This document shows positions 21,477 through 33,785 of a stretch of 59,460 bases of DNA, in pieces. Every line of letters begins with the position of its first letter. The stretch's first letter is position 1. The translations under genes were made by a program, and so were the position numbers. The notes beneath the pieces were generated by a model. It was given only the letters and a program-made list of their open reading frames with translations, searched no databases and was not told the DNA's origin. Source of the DNA: Octopus bimaculoides (Eukaryota); assembly GCF_001194135.2 (NCBI RefSeq), contig NC_068986.1:45017130-45076589 (forward strand), in the 5' to 3' direction.

Positions 21477-21777
21477 AGTGTTTATTGAGCGAAAACACCT
21501 AAAGCTCCACGAGGCTCCGGCAGGGGATGGTGGTGAACCCTGCTGTACTCTTTCACCACAATTTTCTCTCACTCTTACTTCCTGTTTCTATTGTGCCTGT
21601 AATTCAAAGGGTCAGCCTTGTCACAGTGTCACGCTGAATATCCCCAAGAACTACGTTAAGGGTACACGTGTCTGTGGAGTGCTCAGTCACTTGCACGTTA
21701 ATTTCACGAGCATGCTGTTTCGGTGATCGGATCAACTGGAACCCTCGACGTCGTAAGCGGCGGAGTGCCAACAACAA
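21477..21777 (+). mobile_element. SINE family C, 5' end in gap
   Basis: Near-identical to 58567-58953; ends GGAGTGCCAACAACAA. Confidence 0.92.
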
Positions 21778-21877
21778 TCTCCTTAGGCTTGTACCCCTTA
21801 GTCTGTTAATGCCGATTGAAACAAAATCTCTTATATATCGTTTTGACATGAAGATCTCCATTTTGTTCGCTCCAAGG

Positions 21878-22894
21878 ATGTTTGATCAAAGGTATTGTGA
21901 GCTATATACACTGCTGAGAGATTACTCTTCGGCTTTAACTTATATTTGAGCAATGATCGACCTTATATATCCATATATTTGAGCCATGATCCTTGTGGCC
22001 ACTATCAAGCTGGCTGTACCAAATGTATTATGGGTTCGAATCTAACAAACATGTCGCTTCTTCCAGATATTTTCGTTGGTACATCAAATGAAAAACACTG
22101 CACAAAGTTACTCGACCTACTAGAAACAGCAGTTAAATCTCTTAAATTACTTTATTATAGCTTTATAAAGTATACATTGGGTATTATTTTACTTGTTTCA
22201 GTAATTTTGACTGTGGCCATGCTGGAGCACCGCCTTTTAGTCGAAGAAATCGACCCCTGGACTTATACTGGCACTTATTTGAACGGTTTCTTTTACCGAA
22301 CCACTAAGTTACAGGAACGTAAATACACTAATATGGGTTGTCAAGCGAGGGGGGGGGGCAAACACAGACACAAGCACGAGTAGAAGGTATTTGCCTAAGG
22401 TGTCACGCAGTGGGACTGAACCCCAAACCATGTGGTTGGGAAGTAAGCTTCTTATCACACTACCAGGCTTGCACCTATAAATGGTAAATTTCTTAATGAT
22501 GACCAGTAAAATATATTTTTTTACATTAAATGTATAATATTTTCTCTCGTTATACTTAACTAACTGATCACGTGCCGTCATAATGATGGCTAATTGTAGT
22601 ATTTTATATATAAAGAAGGTACATAATCACACATACAAACATTCACATACTTCCCTTGTACACGCACACACATACTCACACAGTTGAAGCGATGATTTTT
22701 TCGCCCCTTCCTTCCTTATTCATCTATCATCTCTTCCTTTCTCTCATTGCTATTGCTTTCTCCCACTCTCTCTCAGTCAGGGCTATTACTCTCACTACTT
22801 CTCCTTCACGGAATTACTATTTTCTCTCTTCCTCCGCGTCCAGCGTGATTCTGGACAGGTCTCGTTCTTTCTTTTGTTGACTTACCTTTTCTAT

Positions 22895-22935
<41 letters not shown>

Positions 22936-22992
22936 NNNNNNNNNNNNNNNNNNNNNNNNNNNNNNNNNNNNNNNNNNNNNNNNNNNNNNNNN

Positions 22993-23040
<48 letters not shown>

Positions 23041-23291
23041 ACTACGCTCATTATTATATTAGGAGATTCTGTAGAAACTTGAGTTAATTGCACTTGTAGT
23101 GTTATATAGATAGAATTGTAGGCTTCGTGGAAGTTGCCCAAACAGTCTCGATTCGAATCCATAAAACATTTGGAACAGCCAGCTTGATAGTGGCCACAAG
23201 AATTTTGGTCGATCATGGCTCAAATATAAGGATGAGCTGAAGAGTACTCTCTCACCAGTGTATATTGCTCACAGCACCTTTGAGCAAACAT
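21878..23291. repeat. Diverged inverted repeat, arms 21878-22041 and 23151-23291
   Basis: For example TTGTGGCCACTATCAAGCTGGCTGTACCAAATG versus CATTTGGAACAGCCAGCTTGATAGTGGCCACAA; similarity extends through ATGTTTGATCAAAGG versus CCTTTGAGCAAACAT. Confidence 0.85.
22184..22476 (-). mobile_element. SINE family A, both modules, internal microsatellite deleted
   Basis: Head and 3' tail both present; the empty site is visible in the paralogous segment at 28736-28760. Confidence 0.88.
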
Positions 23292-25214
23292 ACTGATGAA
23301 ATCCTAGCTACACTCGGCAGAAAATTTAGCTCATATGATAGACCACAGGCTACAGAAATACCTATTCTATTGCAAATGACAGAGAAAGCGGTGCAGGAAG
23401 GCTAGAATTTTAGAGCAGCCTTGATATCCTGACCGTCTCACATGACGCTTCTCCGCGTGAAAAGGCTCCAAATTATGCAAGACCAACAAGACACTTAGAA
23501 CGAAGTAAAGATGGAAACCCAGGAAAAATATATCAAAATCAGTACTTTACACAAATACATACACATAACGAAGAAGAGCATGTGGTCCGTCAAGAGACAC
23601 CTCTTCTAGTTTTGCTGCATATCCATAGAATAGAACGTGTTTACATTCTTATTTAAACCACAATGAGGTTCTCTTTTGTTTAAACTTATTTCAGTTCTTC
23701 TGATTTACGCCGTGTTATGCACAAATATTGCTTAATCAATGACGAGCCGTTACAAGCAAATATACAAATTAGGCTACCCACTAATATTCTAACATAATTT
23801 AAGACTACTTTATATGGATAATCAAGGGGCTACACGACTATCTATATGCACACACATACCTATGTATGCATATGTATGTATGTATGTATGTGTGTGTGTG
23901 CATGTATGTACGTGCCTGGGATGCGAACTTTTTTCCCACACGAGTTCCGGACCCCAGTTATAAACTCAATTGCATACAGTCAGAGCTCAACTATCAAACT
24001 AACTTATGAGCACGTATCGAGTGATGGGCGATACGGTCAGTTGGGTGAAGAATGAACCATGCTTCTTTTCCATTTTAAGACTGCTTGTTCTTGTTCTTGT
24101 TTCAACCATGACTGCCTCTGCATAGTTATTTGTAAGGGGAGAGGATTGCTAACACATCACCCGCTACCCACATTTTCCCCATCCACATCTTTACCATATG
24201 GGGCCCTAACAAAATCCGACAATAGGTATAGATGCAAATCTNNNNNNNNNNNNNNNNNNNNNNNNNNNNNNNNNNNNNNNNNNNNNNNNNNNNNNNNNNN
24301 NNNNNNNNNNNNNNNNNNNNNNNNNNNNNNNNNNNNNNNNNNNNNNNNNNNNNNNNNNNNNNNNNNNNNNNNNNNNNNNNNNNNNNNNNNNNNNNNNNNN
24401 NNNNNNNNNNNNNNNNNNNNNNNNNNNNNNNNNNNNNNNNNNNNNNNNNNNNNNNNNNNNNNNNNNNNNNNNNNNNNNNNNNNNNNNNNNNNNNNNNNNN
24501 NNNNNNNNNNNNNNNNNNNNNNNNNNNNNNNNNNNNNNNNNNNNNNNNNNNNNNNNNNNNNNNNNNNNNNNNNNNNNNNNNNNNNNNNNNNNNNNNNNNN
24601 NNNNNNNNNNNNNNNNNNNNNNNNNNNNNNNNNNNNNNNNNNNNNNNNNNNNNNNNNNNNNNNNNNNNNNNNNNNNNNNNNNNNNNNNNNNNNNNNNNNN
24701 NNNNNNNNNNNNNNNNNNNNNNNNNNNNNNNNNNNNNNNNNNNNNNNNNNNNNNNNNNNNNNNNNNNNNNNNNNNNNNNNNNNNNNNNNNNNNNNNNNNN
24801 NNNNNNNNNNNNNNNNNNNNNNNNNNNNNNNNNNNNNNNNNNNNNNNNNNNNNNNNNNNNNNNNNNNNNNNNNNNNNNNNNNNNNNNNNNNNNNNNNNNN
24901 NNNNNNNNNNNNNNNNNNNNNNNNNNNNNNNNNNNNNNNNNNNNNNNNNNNNNNNNNNNNNNNNNNNNNNNNNNNNNNNNNNNNNNNNNNNNNNNNNNNN
25001 NNNNNNNNNNNNNNNNNNNNNNNNNNNNNNNNNNNNNNNNNNNNNNNNNNNNNNNNNNNNNNNNNNNNNNNNNNNNNNNNNNNNNNNNNNNNNNNNNNNN
25101 NNNNNNNNNNNNNNNNNNNNNNNNNNNNNNNNNNNNNNNNNNNNNNNNNNNNNNNNNNNNNNNNNNNNNNNNNNNNNNNNNNNNNNNNNNNNNNNNNNNN
25201 NNNNNNNNNNNNNN

Positions 25215-25497
25215 ACAGACACGTGTACCCTTAACGTAGTTCTCGGGGATAATCAGCGTGACACAGTGTGACAAGGCTGACCCTTTGAATTACAGGCACA
25301 GCAGAAACAGGAAGTAAGAGTGAGAGAAAATTGTGGTGAAAGAGTACAGCAGGGTTCACCACCATCCCCTGCCGGCGCCTCGTGGAGCTTTAGGTGTTTT
25401 CGCTCAATAAACACTCACAACGCTCGTTCTGGGAATCGAAACCGTGATCCTATGACCGCGAGTCCGCTGCCCTAAACACTGGGCCATTGCGCCTCCA
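25215..25497 (-). mobile_element. SINE family C, 3' end in gap
   Basis: Reverse complement begins TGGAGGCGCAATGGCCCAGTGTTTAGGGCAGCGGACTCGCGGTCATAGG. Confidence 0.92.
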
Positions 25498-26241
25498 CAA
25501 TAATAGTGCACGCCCGAGGTAAAAAATCTCCCAGATTCTGTATACTCATTCATTCATTCATACATACATAAATACATACCGACACACACACACACACACA
25601 TGAAAACACGGATGAAAGCCTTTTTCCTTTCTCACTTCCCCAGCACACAAACGCACACGCATTGTGCAAGATGCACTCCAGGTATATTGATTAATTAAAA
25701 TGAAATTAAATGATATTTCTAAATTACATGATATTTTACAATAAAAATACACTTTATATTTTTATGTGAAGAAAATAACGGGAACCCACTCAGTTTATTC
25801 TTCTTTGGAAATCCTGTAGTCTTGCCACTAGATGGTGATTCCGATACAATAAATGATATTGATTACTTCTTTTGGCAAGAGAGAGCGATTGGACAAATCG
25901 TTAGGTTAAGAGACAACAAAAGGAGAACAGTGGTGATTCGTAACCTATTACAATCATTACGTTGCGTCTTTAATCCAGATCCTCATTTATCTACGGTCTG
26001 GTTCATTTAGCTCTAAATAAGAACTGTGGTTATTGGTATGTAGCTATCTTAGTCCCAGCTCATCTGTGAATGAGTATACCTTTGTTTAAAGGCATTCTAG
26101 CCGTGGCCATACCGTCTTGTTTTTGTTTTTTTAGACCAATCAATCCAAGATTATATCATAAAATATCCATTTAATTAATCTTTTTTAATGAGAATAGGAT
26201 GTGATATCAGATATATTTTGCTGTTATTCTCTGATGTAAAA

Positions 26242-26642
26242 CAGGCATAGCTGTGTGGATAAGAAGCTCACTTTGCAACTGCGTGGTTTCCAGTTTAGAC
26301 CCTCTGTGCGCACCCTGGGAATGTATCTTCTACAGTAGCCCAGGCTGACCAACGCCTTGTGAATGAACATGGTAGACGGAAACTGCGTGTAAGTCCGTCA
26401 CTTGTGCGTATGTGTGTGTGCACGCGTGAATGTGTCACCTCCACCACCATTACCGGTGTTGATTTGTTTACGTCTTTGTAGATTAGCGGTTCCACAAAAG
26501 AGCCGACAGAATAAGTACCAGAATTAGGAAAAAATATAAGTTCTAACCCAATTTGTTCGGTTAAACTATTCAAGGCGATGCTCCTGCTTGGTCGCAGTCC
26601 AATGACTGAAACCAATATAGAAGATAAAAAAGACAAAAGATA
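26242..26642 (+). mobile_element. SINE family A, near full length
   Basis: Head CAGGCATAGCTGTGTGGATAAGAAGC, CORE-like segment, short internal (TG)n and 3' module ending GACTGAAACC...AAAAGATAG. Confidence 0.85.
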
Positions 26643-27140
26643 GCCTCGTAGGAGTTTCCATTCGACACTGCTAATTTTGCTCGTCACCATAATGTCCGAA
26701 AGCTATTTGGTAAGGCGGAACAAAATTGCTTTCAGATCTATTACTTTTGTTTGTTTTTCAGTCGATGTGACTAAACCACACTCTTTTACAGCCTGGTTGT
26801 CACGTTTGAGCTGTAAAGATTGGAGACAATCTTTCATGAAACTGAATGAAGTCTCCATGTGAATCAAAAGAGCTTCAACTCATTCTAGTGGTATTTCACT
26901 CTCATTTTAAAAAATGATTTAGTCAAAAGAGGAAGGGTACATACTGTTCGTGATTTTGTTTTAGGGGTATATGAAACTAGTGCGAGGAAGAGAGGAAGGT
27001 GCAAATAATCGGGCTCCCTAGCCCGAATATTTTAGACTAGTCAATCCATGATTATATTTTAAAATGTCCATTTTGTTTGTTTTTCGTATGACAATAGGGA
27101 ACGATATCAGGGAAATTTTATTGTTATTCTCTGACGTAAG

Positions 27141-27300
27141 GCGCAGGCATAGCTGTGTGGTTAAGAAACTCGCGTTGCAGTTACGTGGCTTCGAGTTCAG
27201 TCCTACTGTGCGCACTTTGGGCATATGCCTTCTACTGTAGTCCGGCCCATCCACGCCATGTGAGCGAGTATGGTAGACGGAAACTGTGTGGAAGCCCATC
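27141..27300 (+). mobile_element. SINE family A, 5' module
   Basis: GCAGGCATAGCTGTGTGGTTAAGAAAC...GAGTTCAGTCC...GGTAGACGGAAACTG. Confidence 0.8.
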
Positions 27301-27744
27301 TTATGTGTGTTTGTGTTTGTCTATTGCATCACATATGATACACACTCTACAATCTTTTAACCACCAGGGTAACTTAGGACTTATAAAAAGAAAGTTTTAT
27401 ATTATTCCGAACGTACGAAAGAAGAGTTAACTAAATCTGAAAACATGTATGGACGTTTAGGACAAACTTATGGAAATGCTTTGGACAAGCAAAGGGTTAC
27501 AGGCACTCAGAAAATGCCAGTGACTATTCACTACTATATGGATATCAGTTCTTCAGAGGTGACGTGTTAGATATAGCCACCAATTCTTCTTGATTTATTA
27601 AAATTATTCCCACTTCTAGAAGATGTCATAATTTACCAAATGACAATTGAGAGCAACTCCATATGAGAAAGGGAGATAATCTGAAGAATCAAGAATTCAT
27701 GCGATTAAGGGAAAGGACAGGCTTATTGTTTGGGGATTAGGAGA

Positions 27745-27790
27745 CAGTCGTACACACGTTTTCCTGCCTCAATAGGCATCATCAGCACGG
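27745..27790 (-). ncRNA. Possible degenerate hammerhead ribozyme
   Basis: Minus strand GTG-CTGATGA-TGCCT(ATTG)AGGCA-GGAAAACGTGTGTA-CG; exact core 5' strand and perfect 5-bp helix II, but an imperfect GAAA segment and weak helix I. Confidence 0.4.
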
Positions 27791-30729
27791 CAATTGTCAA
27801 ATCTTATTTCCAGTAACCTAGAGACATAGACATAGGCATATACAAAATGTCAGAACACATTTTTGGCCTAGGTACATCGCGGTCACTGAACTGTTAGTTT
27901 CAGTTAACCCTTTGCCTGTCCTGTTTATCACGTGATGCACAAGACATATTTCTCTGGGGGTCATTCATCATGATACGTATTGCTATTTTTTAACGACCAG
28001 GGTAACTTGGGACTTATGTAAGGAAAGCTTTATATTACTAAGAACGTATGGCACAAGGCCTAATTAAATCTGAAAACAAGCACAGACATTCATGACAAAC
28101 TTATGAAAAATGCTTTGGACAGGCAAAACTTTTTCGTTCAGTACATGACATATGCATGTTTCCCAAAAATATTTGTATTTAAAATACAAACACTTTCCTC
28201 TGGTGTTTTTCTCTCGGCCATGTTGTAAATGCTGCAAACGTCATTTCATAAACTACAGTTGTTATCAACTCTTCGTATAGTTCTATGTTTCACTGAAGTA
28301 AAATTTTATATTTCTTCTTATACGTACAGGAACGTATAAACATTAATTCTAGTGTCTGTTGATCATCTTGATTTAAAAAACCCTAATGTTGTACAGTACA
28401 TATTTTCTTCGTGACTGTTTTCGAAAACTACTTCGATGCATCCTAAGTTATATATTTTCTATCGGTGACATGCCTAAATAGTTCTCTTAGAAGTTTGTTT
28501 TCATTTTATTTATGTTCCTCGGGACTTTATGCCTATTGCAGAGAATTTTATCAATGTTCCAAAGGTATTATAGGTTCGAATTCTAAATCTAATAAATATG
28601 TCGCTTCTTCCAGATATTTTCGTTGGTACATCAGTTGAAAAACACTGCGCAATCAAACGAGTTCTCTACGCAGTTGCTAGATCTACCAGAAACAAGAGCT
28701 AAACCTTTTAAATTACTCTATTATAAAAAGTATACACTGGGTAACGGTCAATTTCTTAATGACTAGTAAAATATTATTTTTTAACGTTAAGCGTAAAATA
28801 TTTTCTCTCGTTATACTTAATTCTGTAGAAACTTGAGTTAATCGCAATTATAGTGTTATAAAATTTGTATGAGTATTGTTATAATTCATGTTTAGTTTTA
28901 GTATTGAGTTATCTAAATTAGACACATAAATGTGACTGATTAACACGTTTCCATAGAATTTCTTTTGAAATGGTTCAAGTTCTTTGCGTTATGGAGTGAA
29001 AAAAATGCGTCTTTACTAAGTTTGATGTGAAAAAAATCTTATTTAATTATTTCTAAAATTTAAAAGTTGTACTTACGCTCTAATAGGGCATCGCGTCAAA
29101 AAGTTAAAATAACAACGATTCCTTATAAAGCGCAGGGAAGTGTATGTATAGTGTAATCCATGATACACCAAGACTGAAAGCAAGTCTATATGGCCATGGC
29201 TGAAAAGCTTTTGATCAATAGGTCTACTTGCTCAGAGGTGACCGGGGGCGAAACAACTGCTAAAAAGTTTCGTCTCTTTCCTCAGTTAAGCTATACGGAG
29301 TGAGTATTGTCGTTGAAACATTAAACGTGTACAGGAATCTTTGTATTCTTAAATCTATATATTTTCGTCAAGAAATTAACGATTGACGACATTTCGAGAA
29401 TTGTTAGCTTTTTGTTTATTTTTCTCTCTCCACTTTTCTTCTTCTGTCGTTCGTTCTGTTGCCTTTTATTTCCTGACGTCCAACTTAATAACCAGCAACT
29501 CGCTCGCACACACGGACACAAATAATCACAAACACAAATAATATCACACGCAGACACACAGATTTCGTATTCTACTTGTTTAGCGAGTGACTGCTGTATT
29601 GCGTTATACATATATTTAAAAAAGTTACTGGAACACACACGCACACCCATCTATCGTACTGGGAAAAAAAAATCTTGCTTAATGAAAAAATATCCAGACT
29701 CTCAGAACTGGTCACGCGCTTGTCATATATAAAAAATAAATAAATTAAAAACAGAAAAAAATAAGGAAACCTCTTTATGTTTGAGGATTGGATTTCGTAG
29801 ATATAGTTTAGTACACAAGGGCATAGCATTTACATTAAACGAAAGGGACTTTGCATCTCTCTGGTTATACCTTCACTTGGATTTGTAATAAGTTCGAACT
29901 CAACAAATCCTGATCAACGGCATTCCAGCCGTGACCATTTTGTCTATTTGTATATTGCGGACTACGTTATGTGATGTGTCTAGCCTTCCTATTTTAAGGT
30001 AGTAGGGTGTTATGGAAAAAAAATTTGGCTGTTAGTTCTAGCATGTCCACTGACCGTATAGAGGCTCTGTTGTTAGTCCTCGACTGAGCTGGACCACGGA
30101 AAGCTATGTGAATTGACGGTGGGTGGAATCAATGTAATGCTGGTGATAAGGGCAGGAATAACTATCGACTAATATGCAGATTTTTCAACCATATACTTTT
30201 ACTGGTTCCAGTTATTGGACAGTGGACATGCTAAAGCATTGCCTGCAAAAGGAAAGTGGGGTGGAATTTGATCAGCGATATCGGTCATAGTACAGACAGC
30301 GGCAGAAAAACCTCCCGTATTTTACACATCTTTTAATGTGATGCTAATGAAGTTAGGCACACGGTAATAGTATATACATGTAGCCAATGGTTTACTGTTT
30401 TTGTTCAGGTATCATTATGGTCTGGGACTGGTGCACATCGTTTTGTTTACTGTTAAAACATTAATCAAGGTTCGTGAAATCGCGAGTTTTTTTTTTGCCA
30501 CATCCTGAATATTTCAGTTGGGTTGCAAATTTTATCTTTGAATCATTTGACACAATACTAACGTCGATAACCCGTACTGTGTCAAACACAGGCACACACA
30601 CACACACACACACAAGCAAACATACATTTTGCATTATAAATAACCTTGTCAATCCGTTGCGACTATAAGTTTCAAAATGCTTGATTTAAAGATCGAATAT
30701 CAATTACCAAACATTGGATGACACAAGAA

Positions 30730-30850
30730 CATGTATGTATGTATGTATGTACGTATGTATGTATGTGTGTGTGTGTGTGTGTGCATGCATGTATGTTTAT
30801 GTATGTGTGTGCATGTATGTATGAATGTGTGTGTGGGTATATACATACAT
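30730..30850. repeat. (GTAT)n/(GT)n microsatellite
   Basis: Directly visible. Confidence 0.9.
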
Positions 30851-31334
30851 AAACACAAACGCACGTGTTATACTGTGCTACGGAATACAACCATAGATTT
30901 TAGTGAGTACTATATGTAAATAGGTAGGTGTAAACACTATTTTATATACAATATTCTTCGTGAGCAGAAGAGAGATCAGCCGGACTAACTAGTCTTATTC
31001 TCGTGACGGGATTTCGTTAGCTTCCAAACACTTTTTTAAACAGCCCGCACAGGGCTTATAAACCCATTATTATACCTATGGCTTAATTAAATCGATAGAC
31101 TGACGGACGAAATGCTGCTAAGCATTTCGCCCGGCAAGCTAACGATTCAACTAGCTCACCACCTTATCTGATTAGAAATATTAGGTTTATATGCAGAGTC
31201 TCCACCGTCAGTTAAAGATGGTACCTAGTAGCTGATGAAATCTAAACCTAGAATTGAAACTAATGCGGCTAATCTCTGCTTTTTTCTTATATATATATAT
31301 ACAGACATACACACCTATGTGTGTGTCTATGTGT

Positions 31335-31523
31335 GTCTTTGTGCATTCCCGTTGCTTGACAGTCGGTGCTAGTTTTTTTACGTCCCCATAACTTAGTGGT
31401 TCGGCAAAAGGGTTGTACTAGGGTTTTAAAAAGGAAGTGCTGGGGTCCATTTGTTCGACTAAACCATTCAGGGTGGTAACCCAGCATGGCCATAGTGCAA
31501 TGACTGAAAAGAGCAAACAGATA
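31335..31523 (+). mobile_element. SINE family A, 3' module
   Basis: GCTTGACAGTCGG...CGTCCCCATAACTTAGTGGTTCGGCAAAAG...CAGCATGGCCATAGTGCAATGACTGAAA. Confidence 0.8.
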
Positions 31524-32097
31524 ATATTTTAAATTTCGTTCTGAAAAAAAGATGTATTTTCAATTATTCATTCATACTTGCTTGATCCCTTTTCAGCCCT
31601 AATCTAACAAACTTATCCTGAAATGCATTCCAGCGATAAGTGTACCTAGGAATTCAATAGCCAATGTGTTCTTCCTCCACCCTTTAATTAAGACAGTAGG
31701 GTGTGGTTGAATGAGATTTGGCTGCTGTTTCTCATTGATCGAGTGACTACGTGGAGGTTTTTTTTTCGTTTCTCTTACGCTTCTGTTTCAGATTTTAATG
31801 GTTAACCACATTTCCGTTAAGGGAGCTTTTGAGCGATCGCTTGATTTGCTGCATATACGAACCAAATTTCCCTGAAATCACACTCTGCTGCAGCAGTGGT
31901 TTCTGAGAAGTTTCGTAAAAATCACTGGTGTGCTGCAAGATGCTATAACACTCCATAAGAATAAAATTACATTTAAAAATGTGGAAAATACGGTAAAAAC
32001 TATGAATCTAATCCGTCTTCTACCCGTTTCAATCATTGAACTGTGGACGTGCTGGTGCACTGGCTTGAAGTTCCTCAAACAAACTGACGCCAGTACG

Positions 32098-32362
32098 TTT
32101 TCTTTTAAAGTCTGGTACTTACTCTATCAGCTTCTTTACCGAAATGCTAAGTTACGGGGACGTAAACAAACCAGCACCGGTTTTCAAGCGGTGGTAGTGG
32201 GACAAATACTACGCACACAGGACAAATCCACTCACAAAAGCTTTGATTGGCCTGGGACTAGAGGAATAGTAAAAGACACTTGCTCAAAGTGCCCCAATGT
32301 GACTGAATTTAAGACTATATGGTTGGGAAGCGAGCTTTTTACCCGCACAGCCATGTCCGCGC
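32098..32362 (-). mobile_element. SINE family A, internally deleted
   Basis: Both the 3' module (CTAAGTTACGGGGACGTAAACAAACCAGC) and the head (GGTTGGGAAGCGAGCTTTTTACCCGCACAGCC) appear as reverse complements. Confidence 0.8.
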
Positions 32363-33376
32363 TTCCATTTTTTTAAATAAAATTATTTTTCAATTTTTCA
32401 TAGTTCTAAAGTTTTCATAGAAGAAACACCGCCCTCTAGGTGGCTTTCTCTTATATTAATATGTATTATTTCGTCTTTTTGTGAACACAGAACTTCATTG
32501 AGCAATGTATCTTTTTATAAATTGAGACGGTACGTATTACTTGAAAGGAATATGCCAGCTATATCTCGCTAGTTGCCTGACGTTCCATCGATAGCTCGAA
32601 GTCAACTTGGCTTTTGTTCTTTAGCCCTAGATCAGCTCTGGTCGAATAAACCAATAATTAAATACGTTTCAGTCATAGCTATCCTGTCTTTTTGTTCATC
32701 AGAAACTACATTGTCCAAAAGAGCCTTCATTTAAGGCGGTACGGTGTGATTTGAGGGAGATTTGTTTACTATTTCCAGCAGATCGAATGATCGTGTAGAA
32801 ATTCTCTTGTTGAATACAAAGACCAGCCGACATGCATTGGTGTCATCTTACCTGGAGTAAAATATTCGAAGGCAGCTGTACAACAGAATGTTTGGATAAT
32901 CGTGGGTCGCAGGTGCCATGCATTAGGAAAAGATGAGAAGGTTGTAGTTGGAACGTGTTTGGCTATAAACCTACTCAATCAGAGCTGACCTAAAGGCTGA
33001 ACAATAACAATATTCTTATTTTACAACTCTCAGATGGCTTTGCTTAAACTAAGTATTTGGTTTAACTGTTCAGCGTGTTAATCTACAAAAAAAAAAAAAA
33101 AAAAAAGCTTCAGAAAATTGTTATATATTCTTCATATTAATGTCTAAGAAGGTACAGAATCATATATCACAGGGAAGAGTATTAACAGTGTAAATGACGG
33201 AAATGTCTTCAACCAAGGATGAAAACTGCACGCGGTCTCTCACTTGATAGAAGCTACCGACTTGCACTTTGTCACTCGCTTTATACACCCTTAATATCAA
33301 CAATGAGTAGCAGATAAAAAATATACCCAAACAGGCTCAATTCATTGGACTTTAGTAGTCCAAAATAACTGCAGGC

Positions 33377-33381
<5 letters not shown>

Positions 33382-33433
<52 letters not shown>
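33382..33433. repeat. (GA)n microsatellite
   Basis: Directly visible. Confidence 0.95.
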
Positions 33434-33437
<4 letters not shown>

Positions 33438-33599
33438 CTGATGCCACTTGGATGAGGGAAAACGTGAGAAAATACGGAACAAACTGATGCCTTATTTGCG
33501 TCATACATCCGGGAGCTTAACTGACCACCAAGCCCATGTGATGAAAGCCTCTCTTTATTCTTATCACTAATCATTAACATGGATTTCTAAGATAAGGCA

Positions 33600-33785
33600 C
33601 GTCACAAATTTGGGGGTAGGCATACATCCGTTCAAATCTAACTCAATACTTTGTTACGGCTTTTATTGCCCTCGGGAGGACGAAAAGTAAAAGTCGACCT
33701 CAGTTGAATTTGGCTCCAAGAGACATAATTAAATACAAGGCATATTATCCTGCTCTCCCACCAGTTCTGCTATCCACTGCCCTAA
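33600..33785 (-). mobile_element. SINE family B, degenerate
   Basis: GTCACAAATTTGGGGGTAGG...GGAGGACGAAAAGTAAAAGTCGACCTCAGTTGAATTTG. Confidence 0.65.

Noticed and set aside
27009-27041. Hairpin plus CTAG|T resembling a Helitron 3' end
   Set aside because: The CTAG lies inside the duplicated family D segment (CCAA in the 26131 paralogue), so it is probably coincidental.
29285-29312. 14-nt plus-strand AG..GT micro-exon patterns here and at about 14893-14906
   Set aside because: Frame-shifting length, no supporting context, plausible by chance.
31232-31272. CTGATGA...GAAAC hammerhead-like spacing
   Set aside because: No NUH cleavage triplet in front of the putative helix I.
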